Below are positions 47,604-57,890 of a stretch of DNA of 64,000 nt, piece by piece. The position numbers and the translations under genes were made by a program. Under the pieces are notes generated by a model. That model was given only the letters and a program-made list of their open reading frames with translations, searched no databases and was not told the DNA's origin. The number at the start of each line of letters is the position of its first letter. Within the stretch, counting starts at the first letter, position 1. Origin of the DNA: a virus; IMG/VR virus record IMGVR_UViG_3300035458_000037, positions 20,849 through 84,848 of that record; one strand, written 5' to 3'.

Positions 47604-49184
47604 TCAATCATTCTGCCAAATTTGCTCGTCGGCATCATCTTCGCCACGTCTATACCGGGTGCTGGGTTTTTGGCCGGTGCGAACCAACCACGTCACCCGC
47701 ATATAGACCAAGGAATGAAAACTATCGTCTGGTTGAGTATGAATGTATCGCATTTGTCTAAGCTTATCAGAATATTCAGAGCTTATATTCAAGTAATCTT
47801 TACCAATATCCTCAAATTCTGACCATACAAAAGGCTCAATCTTTTCTGCTTTCAACGCATTAAATGCATCGGTCATAACTTCTGTTCTGTTGGTTACATA
47901 AGTTGCAGCGTCTTCGTCATAGGCTACAAAATGTTTTATATAAGCATGACGGTATGTAACATATATGATATTACTTGGAAGCAGCGTTCTCATTCTATCA
48001 TTAAGACCAAAACCAAAACCCAAATCAGCTCCAACGTATCTGACTTTAAAGTGAAGTAATGTTTTACACATGGATGGTATCAAATTCTCGGATGCAGCTT
48101 CTTTACCTAAATACCTTTTCGAGAAAACTATAAGGAACTTATTGACTCGTGTATCAAAATATCCAATAGTTAAAATAGAAAATCCTGTATTACCACCGCC
48201 CCAATCAATACCAGCGTAGAATTCAAAGCTTTTACAATCTTCTGGAATATCAATCCATTGTTGTCGAGTGGGATGACATACAGATATTAATTCATCACGG
48301 GAAATGGGTTTTGATCCGTTATCATAAGATTCTCCAAACACTTCATTCATTAATGCGCCTGTATCATAATTGCGCATCTTAAAATGAAGTTCCTTCCAAT
48401 CTACATCACACTTGGGTAATATGATATAAGGAAGTTTAAATCCTGCAACTTCAGATTCCCGAGCTTGAACCCAATATCCTTTAAGCGTATTAAGTTCATA
48501 ATCACATTTCGTACACCACAATCCCGGTCGATCCAAATGAACTAGATCAATTCCAAGTTTATTGTGATGGCCGCATCTTCTGCATTTAACATGCCATTCA
48601 CATCCGCTACTGCTTTCATATATCGTGTGAATAGGATTATCAAACGTTTTTGGTGTTCCACTAGAAACAAATTGTGAATCTCTCTGCTTCTGTGCGCAAG
48701 CGTCAATAACTGGAATCACTTCGATGAGCATGTCTTGAATCTCATCTTTCAAGACAAGCTTTGCCGTGATACCGCGAATACTATCCGCGTCAAAGTAAGC
48801 TGATCTAAAATACATTGTTGAATAGTTCTTGAGACGTTTTTCCTCTATTCTAAATCCTCTGATGCCAGGATAGAAATTTGCTTTTAGAAGTGGTGATACT
48901 TCAAAAGCTTCATCAATCTTTTTACGCGAAAACACACCCGTCTGCTTGCCCGTGGGTGATACATACAACGCACTCATGTGCGGACGGAGACATACATTCG
49001 ATAGGAGAATACCAGAAAGCGAAGTGCTCTTTTCTGTCTGTCTAGCAGCGATGAGGATTGTCCTCTTGAACTGATTATTAATAATTGGATATATATATGG
49101 ACGATCAGTAAATCTCCAATCATGTCCATCGAGTTTTACTACTCGTTGGAGAAAATCGGTGTTTCGTATTTTAATGAGATCCAT
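47604..49184 (-). CDS. terL: terminase large subunit
   Basis: AARQTEKST Walker A, IRGI, KDEIQD Walker B, SGTPKT, CRRC..CTKC Zn finger, GIDWG nuclease motif, PDDSFHS. Confidence 0.92.
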   Translation of the reverse strand: MDLIKIRNTDFLQRVVKLDGHDWRFTDRPYIYPIINNQFKRTILIAARQTEKSTSLSGILLSNVCLRPHMSALYVSPTGKQTGVFSRKKIDEAFEVSPLLKANFYPGIRGFRIEEKRLKNYSTMYFRSAYFDADSIRGITAKLVLKDEIQDMLIEVIPVIDACAQKQRDSQFVSSGTPKTFDNPIHTIYESSSGCEWHVKCRRCGHHNKLGIDLVHLDRPGLWCTKCDYELNTLKGYWVQARESEVAGFKLPYIILPKCDVDWKELHFKMRNYDTGALMNEVFGESYDNGSKPISRDELISVCHPTRQQWIDIPEDCKSFEFYAGIDWGGGNTGFSILTIGYFDTRVNKFLIVFSKRYLGKEAASENLIPSMCKTLLHFKVRYVGADLGFGFGLNDRMRTLLPSNIIYVTYRHAYIKHFVAYDEDAATYVTNRTEVMTDAFNALKAEKIEPFVWSEFEDIGKDYLNISSEYSDKLRQMRYIHTQPDDSFHSLVYMRVTWLVRTGQKPSTRYRRGEDDADEQIWQND

Positions 49185-49191
49185 TGAGCAC

Positions 49192-49228
49192 CTGCAAAAA
49201 TTAAGGAAATAATGTTATAATATATTTG
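49192..49228 (+). promoter_or_regulatory. early-type promoter (copy 5 of 5)
   Basis: CTGCAA-18 nt-TATAAT, context TGTTATAATATATTTG. Confidence 0.75.
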
Positions 49229-49286
49229 AAGTTGAATTATGTCTATCGCATAATTGACTTCTTTTTTTTATCTCATAGGAGAAGAG

Positions 49287-50180
49287 ATGGAATATATTAC
49301 GGATTGGAGATTACTCAAAAATAAAGTAGCTGAGTGTATGCGACAAAGTGGTTGGGCAGACTTGTGCAAAATTACAAAAAACGCTTCTAAAGAAGCTAAT
49401 AGTTATTTATATTTTTATTTTATAACAGTCGAAGAAAAGAATGTTAATAAAAATGATTTAAAAGATAAACTTATGTTTGCTAGTTTTAGAGCTAAATTTT
49501 TAGCGTCCTATGCTGTAGATATAATAGTAGAATATGATTTTAGTTCAGAACTTTATAACGAACTTCGTAGATCAGCTCCATTAGATAGATCGCTTACAAT
49601 TTCAAATATATTAAGATTACCTTATAATTGTTTTGCTATTAATATAGATAAAACCAGAAAGTGGAGATATGCTTTAATAATAAAAGAAGAAGATTCTATC
49701 ATAATTGCAACCACCGAAGCTCTTAGCATAATCCCAAATAATACTACAATGGGAGAAATTTATGATGCATGTGAAAGCGAAAATTCTATTACTCTTCAAA
49801 CTGCTTTTATAAAAATGATAGCATATATAACTAACAACAAGGACGTAATTGAATTTAATAAAATTGTAGAATTACATAATGGAGAACCAAGCAAAAAACG
49901 TAAGAAAAAACCTATCAAAATTAAACAAGTAACAGGAGTCGTGGGAACTATATTTCATAGATCTATGCAACGCTGGAAACAAGCGCAAGAAACAGAATAT
50001 CAAAATAATCCAGAACTTCGTAATAAGCAAAGACCTCATTGTCGTGGAGGGCATCACCAAATTTATTGGACCGGAAAGGGTCGTACTGAGGCAAGACTGG
50101 TTTTTGTGCATCCATATGATGTAAATATAGTAGATAAAGAAGATAAAGAAAATATGGAAATTCAATACAAAGTTAAGTAA
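49287..50180 (+). CDS. phage early protein with C-terminal RPHxRxGH motif
   Basis: RPHCRGGHHQIYWTGKGR; AGGAG SD. Confidence 0.75.
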   Translation: MEYITDWRLLKNKVAECMRQSGWADLCKITKNASKEANSYLYFYFITVEEKNVNKNDLKDKLMFASFRAKFLASYAVDIIVEYDFSSELYNELRRSAPLDRSLTISNILRLPYNCFAINIDKTRKWRYALIIKEEDSIIIATTEALSIIPNNTTMGEIYDACESENSITLQTAFIKMIAYITNNKDVIEFNKIVELHNGEPSKKRKKKPIKIKQVTGVVGTIFHRSMQRWKQAQETEYQNNPELRNKQRPHCRGGHHQIYWTGKGRTEARLVFVHPYDVNIVDKEDKENMEIQYKVK

Positions 50181-50228
50181 ATGTGTTACACTTCAAATAG
50201 AAGCTCTTTTTCTATTTGGAGTGTAGCA

Positions 50229-50627
50229 ATGTCCGAAGCCTCATTTAGTTTAGCTTTTATAACCTTGATGCGCAAAACATACGGAAGAGATATCTGGATT
50301 GAGAAAGTCATTCGTCCTGATAAAAAAGCAGAACCGGATATTCAAGGTGTCTTCAAAGGAATGCCTTTCTTTTTTGAGTGTAAGTTACTCAATAGTAAGA
50401 GTTTTACAACTTTACATGAGTTCAGTGATTTACAAATAGATGTATTAAAGACACGATCACTCTCTGGTGCCGTATGTTTAGGATTATTGTTCTGTGATAA
50501 AGAAGTAAAATACTTAAAAGCAGAAGAATTGGTTAATCGAGTTACGAAGAAGGAATGGGAGAATGCTTACATGTTCAATATACTAGGAATATACTTAGAT
50601 TGGAAGAAGAAAATATGCCAAATGTAA
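50229..50627 (+). CDS. RecU/VRR-NUC-like Holliday junction resolvase
   Basis: E...PDIQG....FFFECK...S.LQ PD-(D/E)XK pattern. Confidence 0.75.
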   Translation: MSEASFSLAFITLMRKTYGRDIWIEKVIRPDKKAEPDIQGVFKGMPFFFECKLLNSKSFTTLHEFSDLQIDVLKTRSLSGAVCLGLLFCDKEVKYLKAEELVNRVTKKEWENAYMFNILGIYLDWKKKICQM

Positions 50628-52387
50628 AAATCTCACTTCACGAAAGTGATCCAAGTAAGTTTTATATTGAGACTGATAGAGATGTATCGATGTTCGGTTG
50701 GAAAACTGAAAGAAAGTTTCATTCATACTTAATGGAAATGTCATGCTGGAACCTTCTTGATTTGTATATCAATAAAGATCGTATAGGACTAGAATTAGAG
50801 CTTGACTCACGTGTAGAACCAATATTTGAGATGCTCAGAAATGAAATGAGAAAATATAATGAAGCTAAAAAGATAAAAATATTATCAATGACTGATATCA
50901 ATGATATGTGGGAAGAAGAAGGTTTCCCAAGGCTCTTTCCAAAAATTGAAGCTGAGGCATATCAGAAACGTATGGTTTTATGGTTATTAGCAGCACAAAA
51001 AGCATGTTGCTTCATGGAACAAGGAACTGGAAAAACTCCCACGGGTGTTTTCCTTTTGGGCAAACTTTTACATGAAAAACTAGTAAGTAAACCGATAGTA
51101 TTTGCTCCGGTATCATTACTTAACAACACAGCGTGGTTCAAGGATCTTGAAAGATTCACGGACTTCCTCCCTATTAACCTTCGAGTTGATCGGGAGGTCA
51201 CGATGAAAAATGAAATCCATTTCGTTAACTATGATAAACTACAACACTGGTGTTTTATCAAAACAAAAACCGCAGAACACTCATATGACAAATGTAATTA
51301 TTTCGAACGAGAGAAATTTGATGCAATATTCTATGATGAATCATCCACACTTAAAACTCATTCGTCATATAGAAGTAAAGCATTTGTAAAAATATCTAGG
51401 CATGCAAAATACATAGCACTTGCATCAGGAACTCCATCGCCGTCAACTATCTTTCAAATCTGGACTCAGATGAGAAGCATAGGCTCAGTGCTTGGGGATG
51501 AATATACGCCTTTTGAAATGCGCTATGGAATACAGGTAGCTTGTGGTCCAGTTAAAAAATGGATTCCTAGAACTGGCGCAAATCAAGAAATACGTTCTCG
51601 CATAGATAAAGTAACATATTTCATAAAGCGGGCAGATGTATTGGATCTTCCCAAGAGACATTATATTGATATCGATGTAGATTTATGCGAAGAGCATATG
51701 CAGTTATACAAAAAGATTGAGAAAGATTATATTGCAGCCGTCCAGGGGTTAGATCAGGATGGCCAACCCCTGGATGCCAAGGTGAAGGCCGAACATGAGA
51801 TCGTCGCCCGGATGCGTCTGCTCCAAGTCACAAGTGGTTTCGTTACCGTTGAGAATGAAGATGGCGATAAACAAATATCTACTTTATTATGGAATGCTAA
51901 GCTAGATAAGCTTGATGAGATAGCTCAGAAGCATCTAGGTGCTTCTGAGGATAACCATATCATCATTTGGTGCAGATTTCGTTGGGAAGTAGACACTATT
52001 TACAACAAATACAAAGATACCGCTGTCTATTTATATGGAGGGCTATCCGAAGCAAAAAGAAGGACTTTACTCAATCGATGGTTGGATGATCCAACATGTA
52101 AGATCATGATAGCTATCCCAGCAGCAGCAAAGTTTGGCCATACATGGCTAAAAGCAAATGCATCAATTTATTTTACTGGCACAGATGATTACGAAGATTA
52201 TTCACAATCTAGGGATCGTAATTATCGTCGCGGTCAAGATAGAGAAGTAACAGAATACAAACTAATTACAAATAAAACTATAGAAAGAAAAATTTGGTTA
52301 GCAATTACTACCAAACAAAGACTTGATACATTTCTTAAAAGTTGGGCACTAGAGCAAGCTCATGTAATTAATAATATCATGACATAA
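50615..52387 (+). CDS. SNF2-like helicase
   Basis: EQGTGKT, YDES, SGTP, QSRDRNYRRGQ. Confidence 0.9.
   Translation: MPNVKISLHESDPSKFYIETDRDVSMFGWKTERKFHSYLMEMSCWNLLDLYINKDRIGLELELDSRVEPIFEMLRNEMRKYNEAKKIKILSMTDINDMWEEEGFPRLFPKIEAEAYQKRMVLWLLAAQKACCFMEQGTGKTPTGVFLLGKLLHEKLVSKPIVFAPVSLLNNTAWFKDLERFTDFLPINLRVDREVTMKNEIHFVNYDKLQHWCFIKTKTAEHSYDKCNYFEREKFDAIFYDESSTLKTHSSYRSKAFVKISRHAKYIALASGTPSPSTIFQIWTQMRSIGSVLGDEYTPFEMRYGIQVACGPVKKWIPRTGANQEIRSRIDKVTYFIKRADVLDLPKRHYIDIDVDLCEEHMQLYKKIEKDYIAAVQGLDQDGQPLDAKVKAEHEIVARMRLLQVTSGFVTVENEDGDKQISTLLWNAKLDKLDEIAQKHLGASEDNHIIIWCRFRWEVDTIYNKYKDTAVYLYGGLSEAKRRTLLNRWLDDPTCKIMIAIPAAAKFGHTWLKANASIYFTGTDDYEDYSQSRDRNYRRGQDREVTEYKLITNKTIERKIWLAITTKQRLDTFLKSWALEQAHVINNIMT
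51739..51778. repeat. inverted repeat of the CCCCTGGA motif
   Basis: TCCAGGGGTT-14 nt-AACCCCTGGA inside the helicase CDS. Confidence 0.75.
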
Positions 52388-52460
52388 TACAAAAGAAAAA
52401 TATACCCTTGTGTATTGATAAATAACGTGCTACATTTGTTGTCCCTCGTCGGAGTCGCAG

Positions 52461-55400
52461 TTGTCAGAGAATCGGCAGTCACCGGAGTTCACGAATTTTC
52501 TTGAAAAAATAAAAGGTCAAATAGATATTGCTGAACTTTACACTGATCTTACTAAAGAAGCTTTCACTAATGTTGATGGTAGGAATAGAGCGCGAATAGC
52601 TTGGAGAAATGATAATAATCCAAGTCTATGCCTTTCTTCCGGAAAAAACTTACTAACAGACTTTACTGATCAGGATGAAAAGTCAGAAAAAGTTGGTAAA
52701 ACATATAATGTATTTGATATACTTATAAAGTGCGGTGGTGCTATTAATTTCTGGCATGCGGTTCAGATAGCATCGAAAAAGGTTGAACTACAAACAGAAT
52801 TTAAATCATTTCTAAAGTTAAAAAAAGAAGAATCTGGTTATGAAGGTTCGCCAGTTCTAGGCGAAAAGATTATCGAAGTTTGGAATTTGTGTAAACAGAA
52901 TCTCTTAGATAAAGTAAGAGATGCGGGCAAAAGAACGATTGATCTTAAGCAATTTTTTGAAAAGAGAAACATTCCTTGGGACGAACAATTTATTGATGTT
53001 GTGAACATTGGTTTTCTTCCAACTTATGATGAAATATTTAATATATTAAAAGATAATGATATCTTACCAAAAGGTAAAGGTAAGGAATTGAATATCTTTA
53101 AAAAAGAATTTGGAGAGAAATCAATAGTATTCCCTTTGTATAATTTAAATGGTGCTCTTTGTGGATTGAGATTTCGTAACATAGAGCACAAGTCTTTTCT
53201 AGAGTGGATTCCAATGGACCACTCTTGTTTCTTTAATGCCAATAGATTTCAAAAGTTTCTAAAAAGCAAAAAACGTTTATTGCTGGTTGAAGGAGAGATG
53301 AATGTAATCGCTTATGCAATTGCGATATATAAGGAGCATAGTAATGCAGTAGCGGTGGATAATTATCTTGCACAGATATATTCAACAGGATCAAAAAGTA
53401 ATTCTGCATTACCATTTCGCAATCGTATAAGAGAAGTGTTGTATATTCAAGATAATGATATTGGCGACATAGATAAATATACATTCCCGAAAGAACATCC
53501 TATCTTAAGAACATGCTTGAAAATTGACAAAGACATAGATGCTGATGATGTAAGAATGGTTAACTGGGATGAAGGTTTTCCAGTTAAAGGTGATCTAGAA
53601 GATTTTTTAAAAATAAATAATTATGATAGACACAAAATTGATGATATGAATAAAATGACTGTTGTTGATTATGCATTGAATTATATCAATTATTATTGTA
53701 ACACATTTGATGACATAGACATTCAGAATGAATTAAGAGTAAAGTATATAGCAGAAATGACATCGTTGTTCAGCACATATGCAAGACGTGAAATGTTCAA
53801 GAAAAAAGCTCAGGAACGTTTCAATATTACGAACAAGCAATTGGAATTCGTGGGAAGTTCAATAGCAAAAGTTGGAGAATATTCAACCAATGATATGGGT
53901 CATATTATTAAACAGTGCGAGGATAAGAATGGAGAACCGTTTATAAAGACATGCACAAATTTCTACACACGAATACGAACATCATCTACACGTTATCCAT
54001 TATTTTCCAAACCAAGGAAAGAATTCAAGATAGAAGTTGTAATTGACGGTATAGTAAGAGGAGTTTTTGATATATCTTCAGATGATTCAATAAATCCAAA
54101 TCAATTTAAAATAGGCATAAGAAATGCAGTAACTCATACTGATTTGAAATATGAAGATGAGTCATTACGAGATAAGAAGTTTCAGGAGGTGATCATGGCA
54201 TTGAATGATAGTATTCCAGCGAAAGAGGAGAGACATATATTTATGTCATTAGGAAGACCCGAACCAGATCCAGAAGAGAATATTTGTGCAGCGATTCTTA
54301 GGACAGAAATATATTGTGTGATGCCACAATATTCAGTTGTCAATGGATCGATAGAAGATAATACTGAAACTAACATTCATTTCGAACTTCCATTAGCAAA
54401 AGATAAAATGATGTTCGAGTTCTCCAAGTTGAATGAATCAGAATTCAAAAAGGCGGGCGATCTCTTCTGGAATGATTTGAGACACATCCATGACCAGAAT
54501 GTGATGGACACCCTCATCGGACAGGTCTTCGACTCCTGTACGCGAGAATTGCAGGCCTACGGGCTAGTTCAGGCTGACCATGGGTTCCCGATTTACCTGG
54601 CTGGGGAGAGCGGTAGTTACAAGACCACGGCGGCACTCGGGGCGATGTCATTGGTGGGGAAGTTCAAGACTCAGAACGACGTTTTGAATTGGCACGCTAC
54701 AGGGCTGGCAATTGAAAATCAGTTGTTGCCGGTGGGAACGCTCACGCACGTCATTGATGATATGAAGATTGAAGAAATCCAAAGTAAAGATTTCATTAGT
54801 TTCTTTCATTCCATTTATGGCGGAAGCACAAAATCAAGAATGAATAGCACGGGTATGGAAATGAAAGGAGGCAAGCAACTCAGATGTTCTGCGATTATTA
54901 CGGCTGAAACTGGGGATGTAAATATTCCAGAATCTATTGCTGCGAGAATGTTAATGCTGAGAATCAAAAAATGTAACCCAGATATTGGACTTCAAAGAAA
55001 AGAACATTTGCAGAAACTGTATGATGAGATGCATAACGATAAAACTTATAACATTGAGTTGATGTGTGGATTCATGCCGCGAATAGTAGAATGGGCACAG
55101 CGACGCGGCTCTGGTCCCTACAGAGAATGTGTAGTGAAATGGAAACGCTACTTCGAAAAAATAGTGGCAGATCGCAAGAATAATATTGAGCGTCCAACAG
55201 ATATGGCTACTAGAGTTGTTGCAGCTTTTGATACAATTTGTGAATTTATGAAGGCAAACAAACTTATAGAATCATCTATCATCGATAAACGTTTCCAAGA
55301 ATTTATTGATTTCTGGAGCCATGAGATTAACAAGCAGGTAAATCGTATTGAAGGTCAATCATCGGTTTTCAAAACCATAGGCTTATTATGGCAAGCGTTG

Positions 55401-55775
55401 AAAAGTAATGAGCTTCAAGTAAGAGAATTTAAAAATGGTAGGTGGGCAGAACAAGTAAGTAGATATAATCAACAGCACTATTTGTATGATATAACATATC
55501 CAAATGACAAAGGGAGAAAGATTTTAATTGTTGGATCAAATGGTTTGATCAAAGTTCTAAATAGTTTAATTGCTAAAAACTCTCCTCCACTTCTATTGGG
55601 TAAATTTATTGGAGATCTAAAAGAGCATGGAGTAATAGAAGAAGAATTGTATCCACTTCCAACTTCAACAGGAGATATCAAATGGGGTGAAGGGACTGTA
55701 GGTTATCAGGCAATCGATTATGACAAGATGATCAAACTCGTGGAAAGGATTCACATCAATGATCAAAATAGCTGA
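52461..55775 (+). CDS. primase-helicase fusion (DnaG-like TOPRIM + C-terminal P-loop helicase)
   Basis: IVFPL...G.RFR, LLLVEGEMN, QDND; GESGSYKTT, VIDD, IITAE. Confidence 0.85.
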   Translation: MSENRQSPEFTNFLEKIKGQIDIAELYTDLTKEAFTNVDGRNRARIAWRNDNNPSLCLSSGKNLLTDFTDQDEKSEKVGKTYNVFDILIKCGGAINFWHAVQIASKKVELQTEFKSFLKLKKEESGYEGSPVLGEKIIEVWNLCKQNLLDKVRDAGKRTIDLKQFFEKRNIPWDEQFIDVVNIGFLPTYDEIFNILKDNDILPKGKGKELNIFKKEFGEKSIVFPLYNLNGALCGLRFRNIEHKSFLEWIPMDHSCFFNANRFQKFLKSKKRLLLVEGEMNVIAYAIAIYKEHSNAVAVDNYLAQIYSTGSKSNSALPFRNRIREVLYIQDNDIGDIDKYTFPKEHPILRTCLKIDKDIDADDVRMVNWDEGFPVKGDLEDFLKINNYDRHKIDDMNKMTVVDYALNYINYYCNTFDDIDIQNELRVKYIAEMTSLFSTYARREMFKKKAQERFNITNKQLEFVGSSIAKVGEYSTNDMGHIIKQCEDKNGEPFIKTCTNFYTRIRTSSTRYPLFSKPRKEFKIEVVIDGIVRGVFDISSDDSINPNQFKIGIRNAVTHTDLKYEDESLRDKKFQEVIMALNDSIPAKEERHIFMSLGRPEPDPEENICAAILRTEIYCVMPQYSVVNGSIEDNTETNIHFELPLAKDKMMFEFSKLNESEFKKAGDLFWNDLRHIHDQNVMDTLIGQVFDSCTRELQAYGLVQADHGFPIYLAGESGSYKTTAALGAMSLVGKFKTQNDVLNWHATGLAIENQLLPVGTLTHVIDDMKIEEIQSKDFISFFHSIYGGSTKSRMNSTGMEMKGGKQLRCSAIITAETGDVNIPESIAARMLMLRIKKCNPDIGLQRKEHLQKLYDEMHNDKTYNIELMCGFMPRIVEWAQRRGSGPYRECVVKWKRYFEKIVADRKNNIERPTDMATRVVAAFDTICEFMKANKLIESSIIDKRFQEFIDFWSHEINKQVNRIEGQSSVFKTIGLLWQALKSNELQVREFKNGRWAEQVSRYNQQHYLYDITYPNDKGRKILIVGSNGLIKVLNSLIAKNSPPLLLGKFIGDLKEHGVIEEELYPLPTSTGDIKWGEGTVGYQAIDYDKMIKLVERIHINDQNS
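54490..54750. other. GC-rich island inside the primase-helicase gene
   Basis: 35/60 G+C in line 54541 vs 12/60 in line 53641. Confidence 0.8.
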
Positions 55776-57411
55776 TATCACAAACTTCTGTGGAATCGAA
55801 TATCTACAGCTTGAATTCAAAAAATTCAATGTATTCGATGGTCTAAGTATGCAAGGGAAATCAACAATCTTGCAGGCAATTAAATGGGCGATTTTCGGTA
55901 GCAATGATGATTCGTTAGTTCGCACAGGCGCGGATGAATGTGAGGTCATTGTCCATACTGATGACGGCACAAAAATTGAACGAAGACTTGCAATTGGTGG
56001 AACATCCAAACTATATGTATATGATGAGAAGGGACACAGTATTCCGAAGCCTCAGGAACATTTGAAACAAATATTTAATCTAATGGCATTTGATCCAACT
56101 AGTATGTTGAGCATGGATGATAAAGCGATTGGGGTGCTTGTATCTAAAGCGATCAGCCAACGCCTAGAACTCGGAGAAGAAGAGCTGAAGAAATATTATA
56201 TTTCTCACTTGAAACTCGGAGATGATCCAGTTTTAATGATTAAGAGTTATTATGATACTTTATTCAAGGAAAGAACTGAAGTTAATAAAGGCGTAAAGGA
56301 AGGAGAGGTAAAGACGAGGAGTATCAAACCGGTAGATGAGACAGTTCTAGCGGAGATTAAGACTCAACTGGCTACAGCCGAGTCTGAATTGCAAACTATC
56401 AATCTTCATAATGCCAAGGTTATGGCAAATCAGAAACATAAAGAAATTAAAATGAAGAATGATGAGGAGGTGAAAAGGTTGGAGCATCAGCTCTCACTTA
56501 TTCCAGCTTACGAAAGTAAGCTGGAAGAAGTGAGTATGAAGCTTAAGGAACTTACTGAAGAATTGAGCAAAGAAGAACAAGTCTTTAATGATTCCAAAAC
56601 AAACAAAAGAAACATCGAACAAGTATTAAATAAACTAGAGGGTGATAATATCTCTTGTCCGCTTGACGCCAGTATAAAATGCACAACCAATATCAAAGCT
56701 CACGCCGAGAAGCTCAAAGAGTTTGTTACTAACCGCGAAAGTGAAATTGAATTTTCATTCAAGAAGATTCAGTCTTTAAAAGAAAAGATTGAAGAACTCA
56801 AGAAGATTCTGGAAACAGATGCACAAAGAAAGAGTTTGTCTGTAAGCCACGAACGAGCATTGTCTATCTCAAAAGAATTAAAGTTATTCGAAGGAGAGAT
56901 TATTGATACTAAAGATAAACAAGAATTCGTAAATAAGAGAAAAGAAGAAATCGGTGAAATGGAGGCGACTGTAAGATATAATAAAATGATGGAAAATGAA
57001 GTTTCGACTTTAAAGAAGAAGGTTGATAGGCAAGCTGAATTGAATAAAATCTTAGAAGCGCTTAATGAACTTATCAATATTGAGATTCCAAGCAAATTGA
57101 AATTGAATGTAACTGGTATGACTCTTGAGAATGGCCAGCTCCGATTCCGGGGGCTCCCGCTCTCCAGGCAAGGTGACAGCTACAAGTTGCGACTCTGCAC
57201 AGCGCTGCTGAAAGACCTATATCCTGCGGCAAACATCTTTATGCTGGATCGAAGTGAATGTATTGATTCTGCTGAGTTTAAGAAGTATGCGGAGAAGTGT
57301 GCATCCGGGCCAGGGGATACCCAGTACTTCGCGGCCTATGTAGGGTCGATCCGAAGCGAACATCCAGGGGTCAAGGTAACGACGATGGAAGGATTTAAGG
57401 TGAAAGTATGA
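55759..57411 (+). CDS. SbcC/Rad50-like ATPase
   Basis: G..MQGKSTILQAI, coiled coils around a central CP motif, LDRSECID Walker B/D-loop. Confidence 0.8.
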   Translation: MIKIADITNFCGIEYLQLEFKKFNVFDGLSMQGKSTILQAIKWAIFGSNDDSLVRTGADECEVIVHTDDGTKIERRLAIGGTSKLYVYDEKGHSIPKPQEHLKQIFNLMAFDPTSMLSMDDKAIGVLVSKAISQRLELGEEELKKYYISHLKLGDDPVLMIKSYYDTLFKERTEVNKGVKEGEVKTRSIKPVDETVLAEIKTQLATAESELQTINLHNAKVMANQKHKEIKMKNDEEVKRLEHQLSLIPAYESKLEEVSMKLKELTEELSKEEQVFNDSKTNKRNIEQVLNKLEGDNISCPLDASIKCTTNIKAHAEKLKEFVTNRESEIEFSFKKIQSLKEKIEELKKILETDAQRKSLSVSHERALSISKELKLFEGEIIDTKDKQEFVNKRKEEIGEMEATVRYNKMMENEVSTLKKKVDRQAELNKILEALNELINIEIPSKLKLNVTGMTLENGQLRFRGLPLSRQGDSYKLRLCTALLKDLYPAANIFMLDRSECIDSAEFKKYAEKCASGPGDTQYFAAYVGSIRSEHPGVKVTTMEGFKVKV

Positions 57412-57890
57412 TCGAAGGAATTTGCAAACGTGAATCACTGCATTACAAATGCCCGAATTGTGGCGAGTTCAGTTCTTCCATGACTCACATTGAAGTTAGA
57501 GGAACTTTTGGGCCTTGGTATTGTTCGGATTGTGGATATGGATATCACGGAAAACGGATATCTGAAAATGAAGTGGATTTGAAAACCGCAGAGAGAAAAA
57601 TAGACACATTAGTGCTTCTACGTATTAAGGATACGTCAATATTTGCTGTTGTTAAAGGAGTGAAATTTACCGAAGATCTTAGTCGTGATGAATATTTTTA
57701 CAATGAACATCTTGCCCATCCAATAATGGAGGTTGAGTGTTTTATCCAAGGAAACGATGATGATCCACATGGTTTATTTCAATGGGTTGAAACTATTATT
57801 AAGCCAGAAGATTACGAGGAAGAAATACATTCTAGAAGTAAATTAGAATATTTTAAGACTTTATTTCAATCATTACGGAGCGAATCATGA
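57408..57890 (+). CDS. Zn-ribbon protein
   Basis: CPNC...WYCSDC; DPHGLFQWV. Confidence 0.7.
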   Translation: MIEGICKRESLHYKCPNCGEFSSSMTHIEVRGTFGPWYCSDCGYGYHGKRISENEVDLKTAERKIDTLVLLRIKDTSIFAVVKGVKFTEDLSRDEYFYNEHLAHPIMEVECFIQGNDDDPHGLFQWVETIIKPEDYEEEIHSRSKLEYFKTLFQSLRSES

